This document shows, in pieces, positions 1 through 9,786 of a stretch of 64,000 bases of DNA. Under the pieces are notes generated by a model, which saw only the letters and a program-made list of their open reading frames with translations, was not told the DNA's origin and ran no database searches. The first letter of the stretch is position 1; every line of letters starts with the position of its first letter. The stretch is from assembly GCA_963708295.1 (NCBI GenBank), contig CAVPSJ010000008.1:32001-96000 (forward strand), read 5' to 3'. This DNA comes from an uncultured delta proteobacterium (GTDB lineage: Bacteria; Desulfobacterota; BSN033; UBA1163). Made by a program: the position numbers and the translations under genes.

Positions 1-1
1 T

Positions 2-505
2 GAAGCGGGGAAATTATCCTCAGAAGCGATGAAAAATTTCGATGTGACGAAAAGCCGTTTCATGGCTGCCCTCGATTTTCTGAAGGGACAGCCGACGGTT
101 GATCCAAACCGCGTTGCCGCTATCGGATATTGTTTCGGCGGCGGCATCGTACTTAACATGGCGCGACAGGGAGTGGACCTCGAAGGGGTTGTGAGTTTTC
201 ACGGAAGTCTGACCGCAGTCAAGCCTGCTCAACCGGGCAGCGTCAAGGCGAAAGTCCTTGTCTTGACCGGCGACGCCGATAAATTCGTGACCCCGGAGCA
301 GGTGGAGGCATTCAAGAAAGAGATGAATTCGGCTGGCGCCGATTTTCGGGTTACCTCCTATCCGGACGCGCTGCACAGCTTTACCAACCCCGATGCGACC
401 GAATTAGGAAAGAAGTTTAACATGCCGATCGCCTATAACGCGAAGGCCGACGAAGGGTCCTGGAGCGAAATGAGGGGGTTTTTAAATAAGATTTTCAAGG
501 GATAG
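2..505 (+). CDS. Dienelactone hydrolase family protein (5'-truncated by window edge)
   Basis: GYCFGG nucleophile motif, VSFHG, HSFTNP; frame is open back to the window start. Confidence 0.9.
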   Translation, partial: EAGKLSSEAMKNFDVTKSRFMAALDFLKGQPTVDPNRVAAIGYCFGGGIVLNMARQGVDLEGVVSFHGSLTAVKPAQPGSVKAKVLVLTGDADKFVTPEQVEAFKKEMNSAGADFRVTSYPDALHSFTNPDATELGKKFNMPIAYNAKADEGSWSEMRGFLNKIFKG

Positions 506-534
506 GGCGGAAGTGGAACCGGACGGGGAGCAAG

Positions 535-850
535 CTATCCTCCGAAAAGGCACTTTGTACAAAAATCTAGATCGCTTGTCAGATTCACGCCTAACTTTCG
601 GAGTCCGGCTTCAGCTCCCGGAGTGGGGATACGGGTCATATGGACCTCACAGCCCGCCAATTCTTTGAGCTTTTCGGCCGCCATCTATGCTGCCGGATTC
701 ATGGTAGCGCTGATGCTGAGGGCGATCAACGTTTCCTCCAGATCGAGGCTGACCATTTTCCCCCTGAGCACGCCTTTTTTGAAATGGCTGATCGATTCCA
801 TAATATTGGGAGGCAGAAGATGCATCGTGTCGGGGATTTGAGCTGAATGC
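535..850 (-). pseudogene. C-terminal remnant of a DUF1846-family gene with internal stop
   Basis: Reads ...LLPPNIMESISHFKKGVLRGKMVSLDLEETLIALSISATMNPAA*MAAEKLKELAGCEVHMTRIPTPGAEAGLRKLGVNLTSD...; TAG at 685-687 is in frame with the terminal TAG at 535-537; no N-terminal part present. Confidence 0.7.
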
Positions 851-1031
851 TTCGCCGCTACCCCATTTCTCTTGCTGACACACAACTCTTGACGGGACCG
901 TTTATAGTCTCGGAGGGAAGTTCTGGGGGATGTCTTGCAAATCCAGAAGCAAGCTGATATAAAACCTTTATAGGGAGAATGGGCGTTTCCCTTCGTTGAA
1001 GAATTTCTGAACGAGATTCAACAGAGCAGGA

Positions 1032-2672
1032 GTGTTTATGAAAAGGCTTTTAAAAGGAGCAGCGATTGTTTTGGGAATTCTGGTTATTCTGGTGATCGCA
1101 CTCAGTATTTTTGTCAAAAGTTATCTTTCCAGCGACCGGCTCAAGCCGATCATTCTTCCAAGAGCGGAAGCCATCACAGGGAGAAAGGTACAGTTAGACG
1201 AGATCAACGTTTCTCTTTTTTCGGGAATTGTGGCCAAAGGCCTGAGCGTGAAGGAAAGGGATGGTCAGAAAGACTTCCTGAAGATTGGAAAGTTTGTTCT
1301 CTCCTACCGACTTTTGCCCCTACTGCAAAAACAACTCGTCATCAGCAAGATCGAAATTGTTTCTCCTTCGGTTTCTATCAGGAAGGAAAAAGGAGGGAAG
1401 TATAGCTTCAGCGACATCATGGAAAGACCTTCCCAGGAGCCCAGGAAACCCTCCGCGCCCGAACAAAAGTCGCTTCCTGTCTCCGTGGTTGCCGACCGAT
1501 TGCAGATCCGAAACGCCAGTTTGGCTTTTGTCGATCAAGAAAAAGACTTACCTGATGTCTCCCTTGCTTTGGATGCCGAGTTCAAGGGAGGACTGGAAAA
1601 GGACGGCACCCCCCGTCTGGATTTTGGGCTCATCTCGCTCAAGGAGATGGGAGTTCAGCTGAAGGATCGGGAAATCAAGGTCTCGGGCAAGGTGGAGATG
1701 GATGCCAGGACGATCCGAGCCAATCTTCAAACCGTGATCGGGAAGGATAGTATTCACCTCTCGGCAACGGTCAAAGACTATCGTTCAGCGCCCGATGTGG
1801 TTGCCAATATCCAGGCCAAAACCCTCGACCTTCAGCAGCTGATGGGATTAAGCGGTGAGAAGAAAGCTCAGGAGCGGAGCCCTCAAAAGACGGAGAAGAA
1901 AGGGGAGCCCTCTCGGAGCGGGATGACGGAGAAGCTCAAGGCTTCGGGGCAGATCACGGTGGATAAGGCTACCTATCAGGATTACGTCATCAAAGACCTC
2001 CGCATCCCTTACCAGTATGCAAAGGGTATCCTGAAGATCGACCCTCTGCAACTGCAGTTTTCCGGAGAAGGGTCCTTCACGGCAGAGGGCTCTCTCAACG
2101 GAAAGCTCCAGTGCGAAGGGGAGGACGCGTCCACCATTCAAAAGACCTTAAAAGGGACGGCCGTTGCAAAGCTGGGCAAGGGGGCCATTAAACAATCTCA
2201 GATTTTCGATGCCATTGCGTTGGTCACGGGCATTTCCTTCTTGAAGAATCCTGGATTTGACCAGGGGTTATTCAATTTTGATGTGAAGGACCAAAGGGTA
2301 TTTCTTGATGGCTGGATCAATTCTAGTCTCTTTAAAATCAGTCCGAAGGGTGTGGTTGATTTCGCGAAGGGGCTCGACCTCCCGACAGAGCTTAAGCTTG
2401 CACCGAGCCTGACCGGGAACCTGAAAGGAAAGCTTGCCTCCATCAAATTTCTCGATGACGAGCAGGGGTGGAAAGTCATTCCCCTCAGGATCAAAGGCAC
2501 GACGGATCATCCCAGCATTACTCTTGATGAGGAGGGTTTAGAGAGGCAATTAGGCCGTGGTTTGACGAGAGAGCTCCAAAGGCGTTTTCTGGAACCAAAG
2601 TCTGAGAAGTCGGGGAAACCCTCCGAGAAGAAGAAGGGAAAGGATATTTTGAGAGACCTCTTCGGGGAATAA
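1032..2672 (+). CDS. AsmA family protein
   Basis: N-terminal TM anchor, AsmA-like N-terminus (ITGRKVQLDEINVSLF) and C-terminal IPLRIKGTTDHPSI motif. Confidence 0.8.
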   Translation: MFMKRLLKGAAIVLGILVILVIALSIFVKSYLSSDRLKPIILPRAEAITGRKVQLDEINVSLFSGIVAKGLSVKERDGQKDFLKIGKFVLSYRLLPLLQKQLVISKIEIVSPSVSIRKEKGGKYSFSDIMERPSQEPRKPSAPEQKSLPVSVVADRLQIRNASLAFVDQEKDLPDVSLALDAEFKGGLEKDGTPRLDFGLISLKEMGVQLKDREIKVSGKVEMDARTIRANLQTVIGKDSIHLSATVKDYRSAPDVVANIQAKTLDLQQLMGLSGEKKAQERSPQKTEKKGEPSRSGMTEKLKASGQITVDKATYQDYVIKDLRIPYQYAKGILKIDPLQLQFSGEGSFTAEGSLNGKLQCEGEDASTIQKTLKGTAVAKLGKGAIKQSQIFDAIALVTGISFLKNPGFDQGLFNFDVKDQRVFLDGWINSSLFKISPKGVVDFAKGLDLPTELKLAPSLTGNLKGKLASIKFLDDEQGWKVIPLRIKGTTDHPSITLDEEGLERQLGRGLTRELQRRFLEPKSEKSGKPSEKKKGKDILRDLFGE

Positions 2673-2865
2673 GGAATAGGAGGAGTTGGCTCTCTGGTTC
2701 GACCGACAGCGCCAAAATCCGAGTCGTGCGATCTGCAAGAGTCCCGGGCCGAAGGGGTCATTGAAATAGTGGCTAAAATAGTGGTTGATTTCTCGATTCA
2801 GCTCTGATAGGGCGCCAGTTACGAATCATAGTCCCAAAACGACTTCTGAAGATACGGAGAGCAAG

Positions 2866-4146
2866 ATGATTGTTTATAAAGTCTTCAGTAAAGATTATGA
2901 ACACGAAAAAGTGACGCTCCTGGGTATGATGGCGGAGAGAAGGGGAGATTTGAGGGGGAAAACCCGGTTGGAAGCCGGCCTGACGTGGGCCAGGTTAACA
3001 TTCGGCGATTCAGCAAAAGATAAGGGATCCATCTTCGTCGTGCCGAAAGAGTTGGAGGCAGGACATGCCACAAGAGTGCTCATGAAAAGGACGGTATTTT
3101 ATAAGGGTGATCTTCTGGACATGGTGGACCCCCTTGCTCCCAGCCGGAAGAGACGGGTTGAGACGAAGGATGCTGAGAAAGATAACGTCTTGTCGGGCGG
3201 GTTACTGGAGGTGATCGGAGAGACGACTTCTTATAGGGAGTTTTACGGTTTTTCTGAAAACCCTTTTGAAGTCGTACCGGATCCCCAATTTTTTTATTCT
3301 TCTCCGAGCCACCTGAGCGTATTGACTTCGGTGATTAACAGCATCGAAAGCGGAAAAAGGCTGATGTGCGTCACGGGAGAGGTGGGAACAGGCAAGACCA
3401 CCTTTATTCATTTCTTGCTTCATTGCCTCGAAGAGAAGGTGAAGACCGTCCTGATCGTTCATCCATCGATGACTTTTGAAGAGTTGGTGAGCAATATTCT
3501 TCTCGGCCTAGATCAGGGGGTTGTGGAAGAAACGAAGCAGGCACTCCTGAATCAACTGAATGCATATTTGACGGAGAAGATGGGTGAGGATAAAACCCTG
3601 GTTGTTGTCGTCGATGAAGCACAGAACCTGCCTCCGGAGATATTGGGAGAACTTGGAACGATTTTTGAGGTCCCTGGCTGGCTGGAGCGACTTCAGATGA
3701 TCTTTGTCGGTGCCCCTGAATTAGAGGATAAAATCAGCACGCCCCGTTTGCGGCAGTTCGGGCGAAAAACAGGAATCAGGTGCCAGATCAGCGCCTTGAC
3801 GGAGGATGAATCAAAGAAATATATTGACCATCGGCTCAAACTCGTCGGAAGCAGGGGCCAAGAAGTATTCACTCCGGAAGCTATCTCCGCGGTTGTTCGT
3901 TATGCGCGAGGATTTCCGCGCGTCATCAATATCATTTGTGATAACGCTTTTATGATTGGTTACGGCTTATCGAGAACAAAGGTCGATGTGGATATCATCC
4001 GTCAGGCTATAAAAGATAGGGAAGTTCCGACAGAAAAAAAACTCATTCCCACGAAAATGCTGTCGGCAGTAAAGCAAATTCGTTTGGCGGCACAGGTCCT
4101 ACATTTTTTCAGGCAAAAAATCCTCTCATCATTCCGCTGTATTTGA
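2866..4146 (+). CDS. ExeA/GspA-like AAA ATPase with an extra N-terminal ~60 aa domain
   Basis: YREFYGFSENPF, Walker A GEVGTGKT, Walker B VVVVDEAQ, GFPRVINIICDNA; ATG 2866 preceded by GGAG. Confidence 0.85.
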   Translation: MIVYKVFSKDYEHEKVTLLGMMAERRGDLRGKTRLEAGLTWARLTFGDSAKDKGSIFVVPKELEAGHATRVLMKRTVFYKGDLLDMVDPLAPSRKRRVETKDAEKDNVLSGGLLEVIGETTSYREFYGFSENPFEVVPDPQFFYSSPSHLSVLTSVINSIESGKRLMCVTGEVGTGKTTFIHFLLHCLEEKVKTVLIVHPSMTFEELVSNILLGLDQGVVEETKQALLNQLNAYLTEKMGEDKTLVVVVDEAQNLPPEILGELGTIFEVPGWLERLQMIFVGAPELEDKISTPRLRQFGRKTGIRCQISALTEDESKKYIDHRLKLVGSRGQEVFTPEAISAVVRYARGFPRVINIICDNAFMIGYGLSRTKVDVDIIRQAIKDREVPTEKKLIPTKMLSAVKQIRLAAQVLHFFRQKILSSFRCI

Positions 4147-4311
4147 CCCACCTGCTGGAATCATTCCAGGCTGCGATATCCCTCTCTTACACGGTCATTT
4201 TTCCGATTGTTTTCCTCGATCCTTCTCATCCTCTTGCATCCCTGAACAAGGTCACCCTAGGCCCGTAACTTCTTAAAATTAAAAGGCTAAAAAATTATTG
4301 AAAAATTATTG

Positions 4312-4340
4312 TTGACATCTCCTTATGAAGTTAGTATCAT
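4312..4340 (+). promoter_or_regulatory. Sigma70 promoter of the RHH gene
   Basis: TTGACA (4312-4317), 17-nt spacer, TATCAT (4335-4340); AT-rich upstream element. Confidence 0.75.
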
Positions 4341-4387
4341 GACTCATCATTATTCATCATTTTTAATCATTGAGATTCATTCATCAT
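4336..4387 (+). repeat. TCAT array with 10-bp period (putative operator)
   Basis: TCAT ends at 4340, 4350, 4360, 4370, 4380, followed by TCATCAT to 4387. Confidence 0.7.
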
Positions 4388-4394
4388 CGATCTT

Positions 4395-4595
4395 ATGGTT
4401 GACAAAAGAATAAGACAGCGAATCACGATAAGCCTTGACGAGGACGCATTGAAGAGTGTTTCATCCATTGCCTCTGAAAATGACGTCTCAATAGCCCGGA
4501 TCGTTCGATATGCAGTGGATAACTTTCTGAAAGAATGGAAAGAAGGCAGCCAAGTGCAACTTTTTCTCCCGTTGAGCAAAAAGAAGGGAGGTTAG
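4395..4595 (+). CDS. Ribbon-helix-helix (CopG-like) DNA-binding protein
   Basis: Beta strand RITISLD followed by helices and VSIARIVRYAVDNFL. Confidence 0.8.
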   Translation: MVDKRIRQRITISLDEDALKSVSSIASENDVSIARIVRYAVDNFLKEWKEGSQVQLFLPLSKKKGG

Positions 4596-4599
4596 AGGG

Positions 4600-4785
4600 G
4601 TGGGCAATCTTGCGGAAAAAACAGGGAAAAATCAAGCGACAGCGGAGATGAAAGAACAGAAAAGAGAGCTTTTCGAAAGCACGGAAGCGAGATTGAGAGA
4701 TCTGAAGCATCTTGAAATGGCCTATGAATGGCTGAGAAACAGACAGAAGCCGGTGCAATTGAAGCGTGCAATCGAAAACGTTTAA
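4600..4785 (+). CDS. Small hypothetical coiled-coil protein
   Basis: 61 aa ORF starting 4 nt after the RHH stop, purine-rich RBS, helical charged sequence. Confidence 0.5.
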   Translation: MGNLAEKTGKNQATAEMKEQKRELFESTEARLRDLKHLEMAYEWLRNRQKPVQLKRAIENV

Positions 4786-4956
4786 TGGAATGCCTTGCTT
4801 AGTTGTGTATGACACCAGAGGCATTCTCAACTCCGCGAAAACCTTTACGACGTGTTCTGGCCAGGGTAGTCGAGTCGGCTGAAATTGTAGGTAACCTTTA
4901 TCACTCAACGAACAGGACTCCGAAGAAAGTTACGGAATCGGGTGGAGTCTTCGAAC

Positions 4957-5139
4957 ATGACAGCGTATGAATTCTATTATCGGGATGAAAAAGGAAGAGA
5001 GCACTTTATTGGAATACTGCCGGAGAGAAGGAAAAGCCCAGAAAGAATAACGCGTGAATCTGTCTTGAATTGGGGATGGAAGGTGATAGGCGATACTCCC
5101 GATGTCGAGAATATCTATTTCGTCAAGGTGGACGTGTAG
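4957..5139 (+). CDS. Small hypothetical protein homologous to the N-terminal domain of the ExeA-like ATPase
   Basis: MTAYEFYYRDEKGREHFIGILPERRK...LNWG..IGD..IYFV; GGAG RBS. Confidence 0.7.
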   Translation: MTAYEFYYRDEKGREHFIGILPERRKSPERITRESVLNWGWKVIGDTPDVENIYFVKVDV

Positions 5140-5176
5140 ATTTTTTGATCCGTCGTTAACTCGTTCTTCCAATTCT

Positions 5177-5973
5177 CTACCCCTCTCCTTCCCTGATCCG
5201 ATCCGATCTCTCAACGAATTTCCGAATGGCTTTGAAATAATCCTTGAAGCCGACCAGCATGATGTCATTGTGGGTTGCGGACGGGATGACGAGAAGTTCT
5301 TTTTCTACGGCTCCTAAATGCCGATAGATCTCCCTGGCATTTTCAAGCGGGACGAGGCTATCCTGTTCACCATGAATGATCAGGGTGGGGATGAATATTT
5401 TCTTGATCCTCTCGAGACATTCCTGATCAAGCTTTTCCAGACCCATGACCTGTGCGGGGATTCCCAGGTGAACCATAATCCTCACGATACTGGGGAAGCC
5501 ACTTTCGATGATGAGTCCCTGAATCTCTTTTTGATAGTGATAGGCCAGTTCCAGGCCGGAAATGCTTCCCAGGGACCTCCCCATCACCCACAGGTCTTTA
5601 CGAAGATTTCTTCTGAGGAGCTCCCCTCTCACCTCTTTGAAGATGACATGGGCATCCTGAACGAGATCGGTGAGAGTAGGGGTTCCGCCACTGGCTCCAT
5701 AACCCCTGTAATCGGCCACGACCAGGTTTATTTTACTTTGATGATAAAAGGGAGAGATCTCGTCATAATCGCTCGCCACTTCACCATTTCCGTGGAAAAA
5801 AAGAACCCATGGCCATTCGTCCCGGCCCGTGTAGAAACGACATGAGATGGAAACGCCGTCAGCAACCCATACCGGAAGGTCAGAAGCATTTTCAGGGCAT
5901 GGCGCATGATCTTGACGGGGATAAAAAATAAATGTCGCAGAAAAGGCTGGTCGAGGGAAGAATAATCAATCAT
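5177..5973 (-). CDS. Alpha/beta hydrolase (frameshift near 5' end)
   Basis: LFFHGNGE, DYRGYG, GRSLG nucleophile, IHGEQD, ATHND; N-terminus MIDYSSLDQP is in another frame. Confidence 0.85.
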
Positions 5974-6123
5974 AATTCAAAGTTTAGCACTATTTGGCGG
6001 AGGAGGGAAGGGGTTCGTTCGACTTTCTTCGACCTTGACGATCCTCCCTTACATTATTAAATTAAAGGTTATAGGGCTTTTTATGGATTCGGCCCATCTT
6101 TGGATGATCGAGGGAGGTGCCCT

Positions 6124-6744
6124 GTGATACTGAAAATGTTGGTCGTTGGACCGATTCAGTCAAACTGCTACATCCTGGGTTGTGACCGGACGAGACAGGC
6201 AGCTGTCATCGATCCAGGGGGAGACGTGGACAAGATCTTGATGGCCTTGGCCAAAGACGATTTGCGCTGTGTCTACATCATCAACACCCACGGCCACTTT
6301 GACCATTCGGGTGAAAACAAGCGACTGAAGGAGGTGACCGGGGCTCAACTCATCCTCCACCGTGCCGACGTTCCTATGGTCGTGCATCAAGGGGCCAACG
6401 GGGGGATGTGGGGGATGAAGGTCGAAAATTCTCCTCCTCCTGACCGTTACGCGGAAGAGGGGCAATTGATTACCTTTGGCGACATCTCGTTGAAGGTTCT
6501 CCACACTCCCGGCCATTCCGGAGGAGGAATCTCACTGGTCACTGACAGGATGGCATTTGTGGGAGATACCCTTTTTGCCGGGTCCATCGGCCGGACCGAC
6601 TTTCCCGGAGGCGATCATGAGGCGCTTCTACGTAACGTGCGGGAGAAAATCTTTCCTCTGGGAGATGATGTCGTCATCTATCCGGGACATGGGCCGAAGA
6701 CAACGGTTGGGAGGGAAAGAAAAACGAACCCATTCTTTACGTGA
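6124..6744 (+). CDS. MBL-fold metallo-hydrolase (glyoxalase II-like)
   Basis: THGHFDH, HTPGHS, GDTLF, YPGHG motifs; GGAGGT RBS before GTG 6124. Confidence 0.9.
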   Translation: MILKMLVVGPIQSNCYILGCDRTRQAAVIDPGGDVDKILMALAKDDLRCVYIINTHGHFDHSGENKRLKEVTGAQLILHRADVPMVVHQGANGGMWGMKVENSPPPDRYAEEGQLITFGDISLKVLHTPGHSGGGISLVTDRMAFVGDTLFAGSIGRTDFPGGDHEALLRNVREKIFPLGDDVVIYPGHGPKTTVGRERKTNPFFT

Positions 6745-6803
6745 TATGCTTCAGATACCCATGCCATGAAAAAGAGGGTGTGCCTCCCCTTTCCAAATAA
6801 GAT

Positions 6804-7139
6804 TGAGTGGTGATTCGCCTCTGAATGGCTTCCCGCAATGATGTACTCCGCCGCAGATCCGCCTCGGTTTTCAAGAAAACATTCCTGGTTTCCCTTAAGG
6901 GAAAGGGCAGAACCTTCTTTTAAGTGCCCTGAGTAAAAGCCTGTCACCTCTAGGTCTCCTTTGATCGCCAGAACAATCTCCCCATGTTACGGACCGGGTT
7001 TCACTGATCTCGCCTTTTCTCTTGGCTTCAAGACACCATAGATCATATAGCAGGCATGGCTGCCAGTCTCTTGGAAGCCGAGCGAAAATTCTCTTCTTTT
7101 CGAATGGGTCGCGCCGTTTTTGACTTCGTATATTTTCAT
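6804..7139 (-). pseudogene. Small cupin-like hypothetical gene with in-frame TAA
   Basis: MKIYEVKN...GSHACYMIYGVLKP...KPGP*HGEIVLAIKGDLEVTG...YIIAGSHSEANHH; AAGGAG RBS; both halves are in the same frame across TAA 6987-6989. Confidence 0.55.
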
Positions 7140-7433
7140 CCTTTGCGACTCCTTTCGAGGATAGTGAGAATCGGCTCTCCAAATCTGAAGCCCATTTTTT
7201 ATCAGGGCCACCTTGATATTATAATCGATATTATAATCCCTTTCGTCATTTGGCCTTCCTCTTAAGAGGAAGGCAATAAAGAGAGAACAGGATTTGCAAA
7301 TCGGAGGAGAATGTCCCATTTTATGTATTAAAATAGAGAGTGGCCGTTTGAAGAATGAGAGAGTGAAGAGCATGTGAAGTCTGAACAGTGGATATGGCAC
7401 ACGTAAACGAATGAGCGGGAAAGGAGAGGGGCG

Positions 7434-8015
7434 ATGGAACAAAAAACACCTACACGCCAGGAGGCCTTGGCACTTCTGCATCAGTACACTGCGAACGAGA
7501 GCTTGCGCAAGCATGCCTATGCCGTGGAAGGGGTGATGCGCCACCTTGCCAGGAGGCGGGGCGAGGATGAGGAGAAATGGGGGATCGTCGGTCTTATCCA
7601 TGACCTCGATTATGAAAAGTTTCCCGATCAACACTGCTCCAAGACAGGCGAAATCCTGCGAGAGCATGGGTGGCCGGAGGAATATATTCGAGGCGCTGTC
7701 TCTCATGGATGGGGGAGATGTTTCGACGTCATGCCACAGACCGACCTCGAAAAAGCTCTGTACGCGATTGATGAACTGACCGGGCTCGTTGTCACCACTG
7801 CCCTGATTCGCCCCTCAAAAAGTGTCCTGGATGTTCAGGTGAAATCGGTGAAGAATAAATGGAAGGACAAGAGGTTTGCGGCGGGAGTGGATCGGTCGGT
7901 GATCGAAAAAGGGGCGGAGATGTTGGGAGTGGGATTGGATGAGTTGATTGAGGATACGATCAAGGGGATGCAGGAGGTTGCCGAGGCCATCGGACTCAAG
8001 GGCAATCCAGGGTGA
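7434..8015 (+). CDS. HDIG/HD-domain hydrolase
   Basis: LRKHAYAVEGVM, GLIHDLDYE, SHGW, DELTGL. Confidence 0.85.
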   Translation: MEQKTPTRQEALALLHQYTANESLRKHAYAVEGVMRHLARRRGEDEEKWGIVGLIHDLDYEKFPDQHCSKTGEILREHGWPEEYIRGAVSHGWGRCFDVMPQTDLEKALYAIDELTGLVVTTALIRPSKSVLDVQVKSVKNKWKDKRFAAGVDRSVIEKGAEMLGVGLDELIEDTIKGMQEVAEAIGLKGNPG

Positions 8016-8358
8016 ATCTTTCCCTGTGTGCCACAGATCCCCCTCACCCCAGTGGGGCTGTGTAGCCATCGCGACCTCGACGGAAGAGACAATCGGGTTC
8101 CAAAGTGTTAAGATACATTCTTTTAGGAATGGCTGGTCGGTGCTTGCGGAAAATGGAGTTATCCAATGACATGGAATGTCTGAATCTCGAATGTTAAAGG
8201 TTGCCGCTCTGAGACTTTGGGAAGCGTCTCGTATTCCTTTGGCAGGCCGCCCAATATCCCCGACCGTCTCTTCCGGCTTGTTGGGAGGCGGTTTTTATTA
8301 TTGTGACACAATCTCGGTGGAGAGAGGGGTAGGGTGAGGAGCGCAAAAGCCTGCGATT

Positions 8359-9513
8359 TCACCTGCAATCATCATTTCCATGGCTTTGTCGAATCGGACG
8401 ATCATCTCTTTTCTCCATTCTTCGTCGATGGAAACAGCTTCGGGAAGCCACCTGTTCACAATAACCGCAACGGTCGCAATCCGTGTGAAGGCAATCTGTT
8501 TTCTTGAAATGGTCGAGAAACCCGTTGAATTTTGAGTTGTCGATGTAGACCTTTCCGGGAAAAGGCTCCTTGAGGACTTCCATCGCTTCTCCCATCATCT
8601 CGGGCTCGATGAGGTCGGTTCGTTGAAGGACCTCCAGATTGGGTGATAGGAAGGCTCCTTGCTGGGGGAGCGACAGGAGTTCCACCAGGTTTCCTTTATA
8701 GCTTTTTCGCTCATAGGCATTGACAATCTGAACCAAGCTTTCTGTTCCTCTGAACCTCTCGATGAGCTTCAAACAGTCTATTCCTAAGGCCTCGTAATCG
8801 GACACATCCTCAGGCCGTATCCAGCGGGACTTGATCAATTCGGCGGGCCGAAACAGCTTCAGACGCTGGCAGGCGAGCTTACAATAGTCCGGTGCGAAAC
8901 CCCCGCATGGATGACCCTCCTGGGAGCCATGAGAGACCATGTTCCGGTGGTGGAGGTCGAGAGGACATTGAAAGAGGCAGCAGTGATTGGCGATCAGTTC
9001 AAGCTCGCAATCGACGGCCTCCCGGATGGAGCGCAGGGTCCGAAAATCACGGCCGATGGATTCAGGAAGGATGATCTTATCCGCCCCCAGATCTTCCCAG
9101 TAATGTGCCAGATGAACGTTCTGGACACGGGCAAAAGAGGAGACGCAGACCCTGAGGTTCGGAAATTCCCTCTTCACCATCTGAAGAAGGAAGGGAAGGG
9201 TGAGGGTCACCATGCCGGCCCCGGTCGAAGAGATCCACTCTAAATGCTCCCTGATCTTCTTATATCCTTTTTTGGTGAACTCCAGGTTGTCAAGACAGGT
9301 CGAGTTGATGAGGTAGTTGAAATCGAGACCTCTCTTTCGAGCCTCGGCGATAAAGGAGGCCACTTCTTTCTTTCCCACTTTGGGAATGAAGAGGGCCATC
9401 CTTCCTCCTCCCAGGGGGTCGTTCCACATCTGTCCGTAGAGGCTTCGAACGGAGGTTCCTTCGAGCCTCTCCAGTAAACCGAAATCCCAATTGGTGGCTA
9501 TGGAATAATGCAT
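8359..9513 (-). CDS. Peptidase U32 family Fe-S protein (frameshift near C-terminus; true frame may run to ~8194)
   Basis: FNYLINSTC, LELIANHCCLFQCP, YCKLAC, WIRPEDV, LKLIER, C-terminal CLHTDCDRCGYC. Confidence 0.8.
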   Translation of the reverse strand: MHYSIATNWDFGLLERLEGTSVRSLYGQMWNDPLGGGRMALFIPKVGKKEVASFIAEARKRGLDFNYLINSTCLDNLEFTKKGYKKIREHLEWISSTGAGMVTLTLPFLLQMVKREFPNLRVCVSSFARVQNVHLAHYWEDLGADKIILPESIGRDFRTLRSIREAVDCELELIANHCCLFQCPLDLHHRNMVSHGSQEGHPCGGFAPDYCKLACQRLKLFRPAELIKSRWIRPEDVSDYEALGIDCLKLIERFRGTESLVQIVNAYERKSYKGNLVELLSLPQQGAFLSPNLEVLQRTDLIEPEMMGEAMEVLKEPFPGKVYIDNSKFNGFLDHFKKTDCLHTDCDRCGYCEQVASRSCFHRRRMEKRDDRPIRQSHGNDDCR

Positions 9514-9637
9514 CGCTGACTCTCCTTTTGAGCCTAGAGTAAACGTGCCTTCGTTGATACCAAGTGTGAAACTCCAATCACCAGATCTCTAGTTCCAAAC
9601 AATATCAAGTGACGAAGTTAATACAAACGCATTAAGT

Positions 9638-9700
9638 GAGATGCTGAAACGAGTTCATGACAAGAAAAAGTATGTCATTCCGAACTTGTTTCGGAATCTC
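9638..9700. repeat. REP-like inverted palindrome pair
   Basis: GAGATGCTGAAACGAGTTCATGACA and TGTCATTCCGAACTTGTTTCGGAATCTC are inverted copies, each self-complementary. Confidence 0.6.
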
Positions 9701-9786
9701 GAATTTAAGCATGACGGTGAATTAGCCGGGTTTGCCTTGAAATCATCCAAACGTATTGGGTTCTTAGAATTCTTATCATCGCTTGG

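Noticed and set aside
685-687. In-frame TAG as possible pyrrolysine codon
   Set aside because: It lies in a fragment lacking the N-terminal part of the gene and no pyl genes are in the window; a simple CAG>TAG change is more likely
4336-4387. CRISPR array (also considered for the 7-mer tracts at 40.7, 42.3 and 60.3 kb)
   Set aside because: Repeats are far too short, there are no spacer-length unique sequences, and no cas genes
6987-6989. In-frame stop as recoding site
   Set aside because: It is TAA, not a Sec/Pyl codon, and the gene's natural stop also appears lost; treated as a pseudogene
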